Shown here: in pieces, positions 1 to 8,803 of the stretch
Layout of the letters: each line of letters opens with the position of its first letter
Position numbering within the stretch: the stretch's first letter is position 1
Made by a program: the position numbers and the translations under genes
DNA from: Candidatus Saccharimonadales bacterium
GTDB taxonomy: Bacteria > Patescibacteriota > Saccharimonadia > Saccharimonadales > UBA10212
NCBI GenBank assembly: GCA_038245195.1
Contig: JBBRSU010000001.1
Location: 192,121-256,120, forward strand
DNA length: 64,000 bases
Reading direction: 5' to 3'
Notes under the pieces: model-generated
Seen by the model: only the letters and a program-made list of their open reading frames with translations
Databases searched by the model: none
Told to the model about the DNA's origin: nothing

Positions 1-54
1 CTACAAAAAAATTGACGAACAGCTTATAATTAAACTTAAGCGACAACATTAAAA

Positions 55-168
55 ATGAAAATCAGGCAAAACCAAAACGGCTTTATCCCTATGCTAATCG
101 TATTTCTGCTAATCATCGTGGCTGTTATTTACCTGGCTTTCACCCAAGTCTTAAACCATCAAAAATGA
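55..168 (+). CDS. small hydrophobic membrane peptide (37 aa)
   Basis: ATG at 55. TM-like core IPMLIVFLLIIVAVIYLAF. The stop overlaps the next start as ATGA (165-168). Below the ORF-track length cutoff. Confidence 0.35.
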   Translation: MKIRQNQNGFIPMLIVFLLIIVAVIYLAFTQVLNHQK

Positions 169-749
169 GAATACTTTTAGTTAATAATCACACAGTGCAC
201 TTGCCATACTTAGGCAAAGCCTTGGCTGGGCATAAAATAGAAATCCAAAAATATCATCCAGGCATAAATTTTCATGATCAAACCGCCGATTTAATTATTC
301 TATCTGGCGGTGGCGGCGAAGGCTTAGAAATTCACGACGAATACCAACCCGGCAGGTTATGGTACGAAGACGAAATGAATCTGATAAGAACAACCGATAA
401 GCCAATTTTAGGAATCTGCATGGGCTTTGAGGTTATTGCCCGGGCTTACGGGGCACCAATCACAGCCGCTCGTGGGTTAGTTCTTGGCCGTGAAGAATTG
501 CAAGTTAGCCATGCTGCTCAATCTCAATTTGGCAGAACTATCAGCCAGTACGAAGCCCACAGCTGGCGAGTAGAAGATGTGCCATCCGATTTTGAAGTGC
601 TAGCTAAATCACGCAATGGCATAGAAATATTCAAATATCAGGAGCAGGCTACCTCTGGCCAAACTAAGAAAATTTTTGCCACCCAATTCCACCCCGAAAA
701 AGGCGGCACCCTCGAACTGAAAAAATTATTAAAATTTGCGACAGACTAA
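165..749 (+). CDS. class I glutamine amidotransferase-like protein (GATase1 / peptidase C26-like)
   Basis: Nucleophile-elbow motif GICMGFE and C-terminal FATQFHPEK, consistent with a Cys-His-Glu triad. Confidence 0.7.
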   Translation: MRILLVNNHTVHLPYLGKALAGHKIEIQKYHPGINFHDQTADLIILSGGGGEGLEIHDEYQPGRLWYEDEMNLIRTTDKPILGICMGFEVIARAYGAPITAARGLVLGREELQVSHAAQSQFGRTISQYEAHSWRVEDVPSDFEVLAKSRNGIEIFKYQEQATSGQTKKIFATQFHPEKGGTLELKKLLKFATD

Positions 750-820
750 GTCTACCACCGTTACTCTATGGACAAAAACTCTAAAAGATGATATCATTTA
801 TTTAGTTAAAAGATTATATT

Positions 821-1240
821 ATGGATAGAATTATTGGTGCATTTGAAAAAGTTAGCTTCCCGGATTTCGGGCTGGTTGGCGTTGTGGCCAAAATTGACAC
901 TGGTGCCGCGAGCGGTGCTCTACATGCCACCCATATCAAAGAAATTACGTTGGAAACCGGCGAGAAGGCCATTAACTTTCGACCTTATGGCCAACTACCT
1001 GCCGTAACAGTTGCTTCCTATGCTGTAAAGCCGGTTAGGAGCAGTAATGGAGCCGTTAGTATGCGCTATGTTATCCCAACTGTCATAGTTATTAGAAAGG
1101 TCCAATATCCGATTCACATCGGATTGTCAGACCGGACCTTAATGATGAAGGGCGTTTTGGTCGGCCGACAGTTTTTGCGTAAGCATGGTTTTATAATTGA
1201 CGCCAAAAAAGGAACGAAGTATCGTTACGAAGTAAAGTAA
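821..1240 (+). CDS. RimK-associated retropepsin-like protease (COG4067 / RimB-like)
   Basis: AKIDTGAASGALHA aspartic-protease-like motif. Lies directly upstream of rimK, as in rimB-rimK pairs. Confidence 0.65.
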   Translation: MDRIIGAFEKVSFPDFGLVGVVAKIDTGAASGALHATHIKEITLETGEKAINFRPYGQLPAVTVASYAVKPVRSSNGAVSMRYVIPTVIVIRKVQYPIHIGLSDRTLMMKGVLVGRQFLRKHGFIIDAKKGTKYRYEVK

Positions 1241-1244
1241 GTTT

Positions 1245-2150
1245 ATGAAAATCGCAATTTTATCCAAAGGCTCTCTAAATTACACCACCCAACGTCTTAA
1301 AGAGGAGGCTATAAAGCGTGACCACGAGGTGGTAATAGTTAATTATGCCAAATCTTATATGGCTGTTGAAAAAGGTAACCCAGTTGTCTACTACAAGGGT
1401 GAAAAATTAATCGGAATTGATGCCATAATTCCCCGTATTGCCCAAAGCTATACCCGTTATGGTTCGGCGGTGGTTCGCCAATTTGAAATGCAGGGTGTGT
1501 ACACCACCACCACATCAATTGCCATAGTTCGGTCTCGCGATAAACTTCGAGCTTACCAATTACTAGCCAAGGCCGGTGTTGGTGTACCAAAGACAGTATT
1601 TGCTCGCGAAACCGCCGATTTTGAGGAAGTTATTGAGCTAGCCGGCGGCGCACCAGTCGTAATCAAAGTTGCCCGAGGCACCCACGGTAACGGCGTTGTG
1701 CTGGCAGAGACTCGCAAAGCCGCAAAAGCTGTGATGCAAGCCTTTTTTGTTGAGGAAGTGAGTTTTCTAGTCCAAGAGTTTGTCGAAGAATCAGCTGGCA
1801 CTGATATTAGGGCTTTAGTCGTAGGCGGTCGAGTAGTAGCCAGTATCAAACGCCAAAGCTTGGATGATGATTTTAGGAGCAACACCCACCAGGGAGGCGT
1901 TGGCAAGGTTATTAGACTAACAGAAGAAGAAGAAAAAACTGCCATCAAAGCCGCTAAAGCCATGGGCTTACCAATTTGCGGAGTAGACATGATGCGCTCC
2001 AATCGCGGACCGTTGGTGCTTGAGGTGAATTCCTCAGCCAGTATTAAAACTCCAGAGACAGTTACTGGCCGAAATGTGGCTGAAAAAATTATTGATTATG
2101 TAGAGCACAATGCTAAAGCCCGTCGCCGCAAGGACCGTGTTGGCGCCTAA
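1245..2150 (+). CDS. rimK: RimK-family alpha-L-glutamate ligase (ATP-grasp)
   Basis: ATP-grasp motifs VVIKVARGTHGNGVVL and CGVDMMRSNRGPLVLEVNSSASI. 301 aa. Confidence 0.9.
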   Translation: MKIAILSKGSLNYTTQRLKEEAIKRDHEVVIVNYAKSYMAVEKGNPVVYYKGEKLIGIDAIIPRIAQSYTRYGSAVVRQFEMQGVYTTTTSIAIVRSRDKLRAYQLLAKAGVGVPKTVFARETADFEEVIELAGGAPVVIKVARGTHGNGVVLAETRKAAKAVMQAFFVEEVSFLVQEFVEESAGTDIRALVVGGRVVASIKRQSLDDDFRSNTHQGGVGKVIRLTEEEEKTAIKAAKAMGLPICGVDMMRSNRGPLVLEVNSSASIKTPETVTGRNVAEKIIDYVEHNAKARRRKDRVGA

Positions 2151-2652
2151 GCTAAAGCTTGATAATCGTCTTCGATTTGCTTTAATCTGTGGACTGTTAC
2201 TCGTGGTTGTCAGTCTGGCGGTTCTAGCGACTGGCAAAACAAGCTCTAATGTACAATCAAAAACTGCCTTAAGCTGTGGTGCTTATCGAACCGACAAAGT
2301 TGTTCGTATCTACGGACAAACCTTCAATGCCGAAACGCCATTAGACCAAGCAGCATTTAATAAAGGGCTTGGTGGAAGACCTTGCATTATGCCGAATCAG
2401 GCGATGTTGTTTCCATTCAGACAGCCTAGCCAGTATGCATTCTGGATGAAAGACATGAAGTTTCCGATTGATATGATCTGGGTTGGCCCTGACTTAAAGG
2501 TTGTGGCTGTTGATATCAATGTTCAACCAGCGACATATCCCGGGAAGAAATTTGCAAACCCACAAAACCAGCCAGCACAGTTTGTCTTAGAAATTAAAGC
2601 CAATCGTTCTAAAGAGTTAAATCTGGTTCTTGGAACACCAGTTAATTTTTAA
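2110..2652 (+). CDS. DUF192 domain protein with N-terminal membrane anchor
   Basis: FWMKDMKFPIDMIWV motif typical of DUF192, plus an N-terminal TM helix. Start uncertain: it overlaps the rimK end, and GTG/TTG alternatives exist near 2137-2140. Confidence 0.65.
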   Translation: MLKPVAARTVLAPKLKLDNRLRFALICGLLLVVVSLAVLATGKTSSNVQSKTALSCGAYRTDKVVRIYGQTFNAETPLDQAAFNKGLGGRPCIMPNQAMLFPFRQPSQYAFWMKDMKFPIDMIWVGPDLKVVAVDINVQPATYPGKKFANPQNQPAQFVLEIKANRSKELNLVLGTPVNF

Positions 2653-2676
2653 ACCTCTCGTGTTAAAATTAGCATA

Positions 2677-3153
2677 ATGACCGATGTTTTTCTTGTAATT
2701 TTAGTGTTATTGCCGGCCATCCTAGCTTTTTTATTGAAGAGCAACGCCTCGTTAGGTTTTTTATCATTGTGCGGTGGATTTGCCCTAATAACACTGTCAG
2801 GCAGCGATATTGAGCACCTGGTCGGTAAAACTCGCATAACCTCGTTAACCTCAAATAACGTTGATTTAGCCCTATTGGCTGTACCTCTGTTATTTAGCTT
2901 ACTTTTGACTTATCGCTCGGTTACATCAAAAAAGCGACGATATCTGCAAACCATTCCGGCTTTGTGTGCCGGCGGATTATTAGCAATTGTGGCTGGGCCA
3001 ATGTTTAGCGACGCCCTACAGATTAATTTATCAGATTCGCCATTGTGGAAAGATTTACAGAGCGCCCAAGCGTATATAGTGGGGGTGGGTCTGTTCTTTA
3101 GCCTAATTCTAAGCTGGGGCAAGGGCTTTTCGCACTCCAAAAAACACAAGTAA
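2677..3153 (+). CDS. integral membrane protein, unknown function
   Basis: Several hydrophobic helices. No recognisable motif. Confidence 0.5.
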   Translation: MTDVFLVILVLLPAILAFLLKSNASLGFLSLCGGFALITLSGSDIEHLVGKTRITSLTSNNVDLALLAVPLLFSLLLTYRSVTSKKRRYLQTIPALCAGGLLAIVAGPMFSDALQINLSDSPLWKDLQSAQAYIVGVGLFFSLILSWGKGFSHSKKHK

Positions 3154-3214
3154 CAGATTGATTTTTTAGCTAAAAAAACAGATAATGTAAGGTGTTATTT
3201 TTCCCGCGAGTTGC

Positions 3215-3291
3215 GGGCCCATAGCTCAGTTGGTTAGAGCAGCGGCCTTTTAAGCCGCGTGTCGTGGGTTCGAGTCCCACTGGGCCCTCCA
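3215..3291 (+). tRNA. tRNA-Lys (anticodon TTT), CCA encoded
   Basis: Cloverleaf by hand: acceptor GGGCCCA/TGGGCCC, anticodon arm GCGGC-CTTTTAA-GCCGC, T-arm GTGGG-TTCGAGT-CCCAC. Confidence 0.93.
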
Positions 3292-3295
3292 TACC

Positions 3296-3322
3296 AACCT
3301 CACAAACTGTGAGGTTTTTGTT
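3296..3322 (+). terminator. intrinsic terminator after tRNA-Lys
   Basis: Stem AACCTCAC / GTGAGGTT with a 5-nt loop, followed by TTTTTG. Confidence 0.7.
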
Positions 3323-3325
3323 ATT

Positions 3326-3348
3326 AAAAAACACCCAGATAGGGTGTT
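3326..3348 (-). terminator. intrinsic terminator of the minus-strand secreted-protein gene
   Basis: Stem AACACCC / GGGTGTT. On the minus strand it is followed by TTTTTT. Confidence 0.6.
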
Positions 3349-3354
3349 GCGATT

Positions 3355-3395
3355 GGGTGCGGCTCAAGACTCCCTAAGGAGTCCGAGCCGCACCC
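3355..3395 (-). other. long GC-rich hairpin just 3' of the secreted-protein gene
   Basis: GGGTGCGGCTC...GAGCCGCACCC with inner helix GACTCC-CTAA-GGAGTC. Part of the GC-rich block. Confidence 0.6.
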
Positions 3396-3409
3396 GTGAT
3401 GAAGGCCTG

Positions 3410-3781
3410 TCAGGCGTGCAGGCTGAACAGCGCTCTGCCGCTTGGCGTGTAGACCTGGTGTAGGCCATCGAAGTTCAGCTGCAGGTTACTACTGACGCCA
3501 GGCCCGTAGGCCAGCGACAGGTGACACGACAGCAGTATGCCGTTGGGGTTCGAGACGAAAGTCTCAAAGCCCAGGTAGTACCCGACGAAGTAGAAGTTCG
3601 TACCGTCGGTGGAGTACAGCGTATTGCTACAGGTCTCACCAGGGTTGTTGCCGTGGTTGAAGACCACGGTGTAGATCCCTGACTGGAACGAGCCGGGCTG
3701 GGCCGGACTCGCCAATGCGGTGTTGGCGAAGACTCCGAGTGCGGAAACGACTGCCAACAGAACGATGAACTTGCGTAGCAT
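3410..3781 (-). CDS. small secreted protein (123 aa), unknown function, GC-rich gene
   Basis: SD GGAAGGAGAG lies upstream of the internal ATG (MLRKF...). Signal peptide MLRKFIVLLAVVSALGVFANTALA|SP. The track ORF 3410-3853 is probably over-extended at its 5' end. Confidence 0.6.
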   Translation of the reverse strand: MLRKFIVLLAVVSALGVFANTALASPAQPGSFQSGIYTVVFNHGNNPGETCSNTLYSTDGTNFYFVGYYLGFETFVSNPNGILLSCHLSLAYGPGVSSNLQLNFDGLHQVYTPSGRALFSLHA

Positions 3782-3975
3782 TTGCTTCTCTCCTTCCGAG
3801 AGTGACAGCGATGACAGGTGCGAGCCTGTAGGCCCATGACTTATTGTGTTCAACCTCTCGGCCTCCCACCTCAGTCTTGAGCATATATTACCATAAGTTT
3901 AATAAAAAAGCAATACCTTTTTAAATAAACTTTAGCAATTAACTTCTTAGTCAGGCTGTGGGATTATTGGTCTGC

Positions 3976-5415
3976 ATGAGGAAGTTTCGGCGAACCACTC
4001 TTATTACAGTATTCTGCATATCCGTATTGGCTGGCCTCGCTCTAGCCAGAAAAACCGCTTTAGTACCGAACTTCTGGTTGTGGATACTCATACCAGCATT
4101 TATCCGTATAAAAAGCCGACGGGCTGCCCATCTGTTATTAATTATCGGGCTTGGATGTGGATTGGGTTTGTGGAGGGGCGGGGTATATATGCAAAACTTG
4201 GCAGAGTTACGACAGCTTTCGGCCCAAAAGGTGGTAGTCCGGGCAACCGTAACCACCGATTCGGTTTATTCGGCCCGTTCCCAAATTGAATTTACCGCCA
4301 AAAATATTCAGCTCGTGCAGCCAAATAGCAAACCGCTAGCCGGGAGCTTTAAAATAAGTGGGTTTGGAGTGCCGATTGTCTACCGGGGCGACCAAGTTTT
4401 GGTATCCGGCAAATTATTTCCTATGCGCGGTAGTAACCAGGGTCGGATAGCCTATGCAAAGCTTCAAAAAGTTGGAGCGGGTAGTAGTGCTATAAACGAT
4501 TTTACTCGCAAGTTTGATGCCGGTATGCAAAGTGCTTTGCCGGAACCGATGGCTTCGTTTGGTCTGGGACTGTTAATCGGCCAACGAAACACTCTGCCGG
4601 CCAACATCACAGCCGCTTTAACGGCTGTAGGACTAGTCCATATTGTGGCAGTTTCGGGTTACAACTTAACGATAATTGTGCGCGGTGTCGGCCGGCTAAA
4701 GCTGGGTTCAAAGTATCAAAAACTACTGGCTTCACTGTTATTAATAGCTGGTTTTGTATTAGTGACCGGCTTTAGTGCATCTATCGTTCGGGCAGCTTTG
4801 GTATCGGGTCTGAGCCTGTGGGCTTGGTACTATGGCCGTCGCCTAAAGCCCCTAGTTCTAATCAGTTTTGCGGCCGCCATAACTGGTTTTTGGAACCCGT
4901 TTTATGTATGGGGCGATTTAAGCTGGTACTTATCTTTCTTAGCATTTTTTGGGGTATTAGTAATAGCACCGCTAATCGCTGCTCGATTCTTTAAACAGCA
5001 GCCCAAACTGCTCACCATGGTCTTGCTAGAAACGTTGTCGGCCGAGCTAATGACCTTACCACTAATTCTTATGACATTCGGTCAGCTTTCAATTATCGCG
5101 CTAATAGCTAACGTTTTAGTTGTGCCATTAGTGCCTCTAGCCATGTTGTTATCGGCAACTGCCGGACTTTGCGGGGCCTTAATCCCACAATTCGCTGGCT
5201 GGTTTGCCTTGCCGGCCCGGATTCTGCTGACCTACATGCTTGATATTGTCCACCTGCTGGCCAGTATTCCTTCGGTTCTAGTTCATCGGAGTGTTAGTGC
5301 TAGCTACATGCTGGCTTTATACGGCTTAGTTTTGATGATGGTTTTAGTAATTCATAAGAAGATGCCCAAACGCCAGAAACCAATTGTCGAGGAAGCCGCT
5401 GTTGCTTTCCAATAA
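3976..5415 (+). CDS. comEC: ComEC/Rec2 competence channel protein (no C-terminal metallo-beta-lactamase domain)
   Basis: Polytopic membrane protein with the VGLVHIVAVSGYNLTIIV competence-domain motif. Start is ambiguous: GTG at 3958 or ATG at 3976. Confidence 0.85.
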   Translation: MRKFRRTTLITVFCISVLAGLALARKTALVPNFWLWILIPAFIRIKSRRAAHLLLIIGLGCGLGLWRGGVYMQNLAELRQLSAQKVVVRATVTTDSVYSARSQIEFTAKNIQLVQPNSKPLAGSFKISGFGVPIVYRGDQVLVSGKLFPMRGSNQGRIAYAKLQKVGAGSSAINDFTRKFDAGMQSALPEPMASFGLGLLIGQRNTLPANITAALTAVGLVHIVAVSGYNLTIIVRGVGRLKLGSKYQKLLASLLLIAGFVLVTGFSASIVRAALVSGLSLWAWYYGRRLKPLVLISFAAAITGFWNPFYVWGDLSWYLSFLAFFGVLVIAPLIAARFFKQQPKLLTMVLLETLSAELMTLPLILMTFGQLSIIALIANVLVVPLVPLAMLLSATAGLCGALIPQFAGWFALPARILLTYMLDIVHLLASIPSVLVHRSVSASYMLALYGLVLMMVLVIHKKMPKRQKPIVEEAAVAFQ

Positions 5416-5441
5416 CACCTTAAAAATGTTAAAATAGGCAT

Positions 5442-6173
5442 ATGTCGGGGCATTCAAAGTGGTCAACTATCAAGCGTCAAAAAGGCGCCAACGACGCCAA
5501 GCGTGGAGCAGTATTTACTAAACTTGGTAACCAGCTGGCGATTGCAGCCCGTGGCGGTACCGACCCAAGTACCAATTCTTCGCTTGCTATGGTCGTAGAA
5601 AAAGCCAAAGCCGCCAATATGCCATTGGCCAATATCGAACGCTCAATTCAACGAGCGGCCGATAAATCGGCTGCTCAGCTAGAAGAAGCTTTATACGAAG
5701 GTTACGGGCCGGGCGGTGTGGCCGTTTTGGTGGAAGTCGCCACCGATAATAAAAATCGCACGCTACCCGAGGTCCGATTAGCCTTTACCAAAACTGGCGG
5801 CAGTATGGCCGACCAAGGCAGTGTGGCTTTTTTGTTCGCTCGCCAAGGACTTATCCGCGTAAAGGGTACAGGCGACGAAGTTGAGCTTATAGCTATCGAA
5901 GCTGGTGCAGACGACGTTTATACAGAGCCAGAAACCGACGAAACAGTAGTTTACACCGCACCTAACGAACTAGCCAAAGTCCGCGACAACCTAAAAGCTT
6001 CGGGCGTAGAAGTTGTAGAGGCCGATTTAACCTATGTACCCAGCAATACAATTGAAATATCCGACCCCGAAACTGCTCGCAAAGTTATTAAACTAATGGA
6101 CGCCTTAGAAGACTTAGACGATGTCACCTCAACCCATACAAATTTTGAACTTGCCGATAGTTTAGAGCTATAA
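5442..6173 (+). CDS. yebC: YebC/PmpR family DNA-binding transcriptional regulator
   Basis: N-terminus MSGHSKWSTIKRQKG is diagnostic. Sits upstream of ruvC-ruvA, the classical synteny. Confidence 0.95.
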   Translation: MSGHSKWSTIKRQKGANDAKRGAVFTKLGNQLAIAARGGTDPSTNSSLAMVVEKAKAANMPLANIERSIQRAADKSAAQLEEALYEGYGPGGVAVLVEVATDNKNRTLPEVRLAFTKTGGSMADQGSVAFLFARQGLIRVKGTGDEVELIAIEAGADDVYTEPETDETVVYTAPNELAKVRDNLKASGVEVVEADLTYVPSNTIEISDPETARKVIKLMDALEDLDDVTSTHTNFELADSLEL

Positions 6174-6174
6174 A

Positions 6175-6813
6175 ATGCGGCTATTTTTATCATCTGAGAA
6201 TTTAGGTAACTACCCGCAAGAGTTTTTAGAACTGCTAGGACCCAACAAGAAGCTATCATTCGTGGAGAACGCTAAAGATGACTGGAATATAAATGATAGA
6301 AAAGCCAAAGTAGACACTCACCTCGAACAGTTTGAGTCGCAGGGTTTTAAGGTATTTGAGCTGGATTTAAGGGATTATTTTGGCAAGCCTAAAGAAATGG
6401 AAGAGGTGTTGTCTGAATGCGGCGGAATTTTCTTAGCTGGGGGCAACACATTTATTTTGACTCGCGCGCTTAGGTATAGCGGTGCCGACAAGTTACTTTA
6501 CGATATGGTTCGAAAGAATGAAATTGCCTTGGGCGGTTCAAGCGCGGGCTCAATTATCGCAACACCTTCTCTGCACGGTTCAGAGTTGGGTGACCATCCG
6601 GAAGTAACACCCCCTGGCTACAAAAAAGAAGTAATCTGGGATGGGTTAGATTTAGTAAATTACTACATCGTGCCTCATTACAAATCAGATTGGTTCGGCA
6701 TAGAAGCGGAGGCCATGCTTGATTACTTCAAGCAGAATGATATGCCTTATAGGGCGTTAATGGACGGCCAGGCGATTTTAACCAACGGCGACAAAGAAGA
6801 ATTCCTATCGTGA
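6175..6813 (+). CDS. peptidase S51 (dipeptidase E-like) family protein
   Basis: GGNTFIL and GGSSAGSII (nucleophile Ser) motifs. Confidence 0.65.
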   Translation: MRLFLSSENLGNYPQEFLELLGPNKKLSFVENAKDDWNINDRKAKVDTHLEQFESQGFKVFELDLRDYFGKPKEMEEVLSECGGIFLAGGNTFILTRALRYSGADKLLYDMVRKNEIALGGSSAGSIIATPSLHGSELGDHPEVTPPGYKKEVIWDGLDLVNYYIVPHYKSDWFGIEAEAMLDYFKQNDMPYRALMDGQAILTNGDKEEFLS

Positions 6814-7286
6814 GAATTATTGGGATTGATCCGGGCACCGGGATTTTAGGGTTTGGAATAATTGAAACCGATGGTTCAAAAAATCAGCTGGTTGATGCTG
6901 GTGTAATTAGAACGCCGGTAAAAGAAGACGACGCCGTGCGTTTGCAAACAATTTTTGAGGAAATAACTGATATAATTGCCCAAACCAAACCTCAAGAGAT
7001 GTCTATAGAAAAATTGTTTTTTGCCCAGAATGTTACCACTGCCATGACAGTGGCGCAGGCCAGGGGGGTAGTGTTGCTGGCCGGTATGCAAGCCGGTCTA
7101 AAAATCGCCGAATATACTCCGTTGCAGATTAAACAAGCCCTAACTGGCTACGGCCGGGCCGAAAAGAAGCAAATGCAAGAAATGGTAAGGGTGCTTTTGG
7201 GCTTAAAAGAGGTACCCCAGCCCGACGATTGCGCCGACGCACTGGCCGCGGCTTTAACTCATGCATCCCAACTTAAGGTAAAATAA
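6810..7286 (+). CDS. ruvC: crossover junction endodeoxyribonuclease RuvC
   Basis: MRIIGIDPGTGILGFG and DDCADALAAALTH. Confidence 0.95.
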   Translation: MRIIGIDPGTGILGFGIIETDGSKNQLVDAGVIRTPVKEDDAVRLQTIFEEITDIIAQTKPQEMSIEKLFFAQNVTTAMTVAQARGVVLLAGMQAGLKIAEYTPLQIKQALTGYGRAEKKQMQEMVRVLLGLKEVPQPDDCADALAAALTHASQLKVK

Positions 7287-7292
7287 GCCAAG

Positions 7293-7865
7293 ATGATTGC
7301 AACTCTTTTTGGAAAAATCAGTGAAAAAATTGGCGACTTGGTAGTTTTAGACTGTGGCGGTGTAGGTTATGGATTGTTTGTAACTTTTGAGGATTTTGGC
7401 AGTCTTAATTCCGGCGATTCCACCAAACTATTTATTTACGAGCACATCCGTGAAACCAGCCACGACTTATTTGGTTTCCGTAATCTTGAAACCAAATTTT
7501 TATTCGAGCAGCTACTAAGCGTCAATGGCGTTGGCCCCAAAATGGCTTTATCAATTCTAAGCATTGCTAGCTCTAGCCACGTACGGCAGGCAATAGCCGC
7601 CGGCGATACCAAGTTCATTGCTCAGGCAAATGGCGTAGGCAAACGGGTTGCAGAGCGGGTCGTAGTTGACCTAAAAGACAAAGTCGGCCTTACATCCGAT
7701 GAAGGCGCTACCAACTTCTTAACTACCGGCTCTAACCCTAACGACGAAGCTCTTCAAGGCCTGGTGGTGCTGGGTTATTCCGTTCAAGATGCCGCTAAGG
7801 CCTTACAGGGGGTAGATGAGCAGCTAAAACCCGCCGACCGCATCAAAGCCGCTCTCAAGTCCTAA
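7293..7865 (+). CDS. ruvA: Holliday junction branch migration protein RuvA
   Basis: LLSVNGVGPKMALSIL helix-hairpin-helix motif. 190 aa. Confidence 0.95.
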   Translation: MIATLFGKISEKIGDLVVLDCGGVGYGLFVTFEDFGSLNSGDSTKLFIYEHIRETSHDLFGFRNLETKFLFEQLLSVNGVGPKMALSILSIASSSHVRQAIAAGDTKFIAQANGVGKRVAERVVVDLKDKVGLTSDEGATNFLTTGSNPNDEALQGLVVLGYSVQDAAKALQGVDEQLKPADRIKAALKS

Positions 7866-7904
7866 ATTGCATATTAGTAGCTTTTATGTTAATATATTAA
7901 TTAA

Positions 7905-8453
7905 ATGACTAAGAAGACTTATCATCCTAATCAATCTCAACTGTTCACTGCTAACCTAGCCTGGAATGATTTAGAGATTCAACCTTCAGTAAATGAAATC
8001 CCTTTAACCATGGGCGAACCCGGCACCTATGTAGATGTTGAGGAGCGAGCTAAACTGCTAATAACGGCACTCGGGGCATTCAGCCAAAGGAATAGTCGAA
8101 GAACGTTCCCCTTAGCCGCATATACTTCGCAATACAGCTCCCCAATATGGCAACGATATCAAGAATATACCGAACCTGTAGTAATCCCTGGGGCCCGGCG
8201 TAATGCCGAAATGTACGATCGGATTGCAGCACACAGTTTTTGGCATGCCACAGGCTTTCCTGCTTTAAAGAAAGTTGTCGGAATAGAGAATATAATTCGA
8301 CCAAAGCAAATAGACGAAAGAGCTATAAAAATGTGGGATAGCTTTCAGGATCTATATGGTCGGCCAAAAGACCTAAAAGATAGGAATGGCTACAAAAGAA
8401 AGCTTGGCAAATTTGTGACTAATGTTGTCGATTCAGAAGCCAATGCCGCATAA
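7905..8453 (+). CDS. hypothetical protein
   Basis: 182-aa ORF with no competing frame. No recognisable motif. Confidence 0.45.
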   Translation: MTKKTYHPNQSQLFTANLAWNDLEIQPSVNEIPLTMGEPGTYVDVEERAKLLITALGAFSQRNSRRTFPLAAYTSQYSSPIWQRYQEYTEPVVIPGARRNAEMYDRIAAHSFWHATGFPALKKVVGIENIIRPKQIDERAIKMWDSFQDLYGRPKDLKDRNGYKRKLGKFVTNVVDSEANAA

Positions 8454-8467
8454 AGTATAATTGGCTT

Positions 8468-8794
8468 ATGAAAGAACCAGAATTACACCCACAAATGCCC
8501 GATGACTTTGATCGCCGTGATGATCAGGGGATCTGGACCGGCCAGTATGCGCGGGAAGGACAGTATCCTCCCAAAGAGCCAATTACTAAGGATGCATCTG
8601 CTGGTCCAAAGAAGCCGGTAAGAGCACCGGTGCGGGGAAGTATCCAGCTTCAAATAGCTGATAACGATAAAACCGCTGAGGAAACTCACGATAGAATGGA
8701 AAGTGAATCCGAAATGCGCCAAACAGTTACCGACGAAGAGCGCTTACATGGTGCTGAGCAAGCCCGTAAATGGCTTGATGATAATAAGAAATAG
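8468..8794 (+). CDS. hypothetical charged, probably disordered protein
   Basis: 108-aa ORF rich in D/E/K/P. Confidence 0.4.
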   Translation: MKEPELHPQMPDDFDRRDDQGIWTGQYAREGQYPPKEPITKDASAGPKKPVRAPVRGSIQLQIADNDKTAEETHDRMESESEMRQTVTDEERLHGAEQARKWLDDNKK

Positions 8795-8803
8795 TATCTC
8801 CAG

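Noticed and set aside
1339-2002. Minus-strand ORFs 1339-1590 and 1553-2002 inside rimK
   Set aside because: They are antisense to a well-supported ATP-grasp gene, have low-complexity translations and lack a start context. They are shadow ORFs.
3170-3367. ORFs running through tRNA genes: 3170-3367, 38770-39033, 38991-39212, 49595-49849 and 50057-50257
   Set aside because: They are composed largely of tRNA sequence or its complement. The tRNA cloverleaves are unambiguous.
3475-3884. ORFs 3475-3837 and 3636-3884, overlapping the secreted-protein gene in other frames
   Set aside because: High GC suppresses stop codons in all frames. Only the frame with an SD plus signal peptide (3410-3781) has gene-like features.
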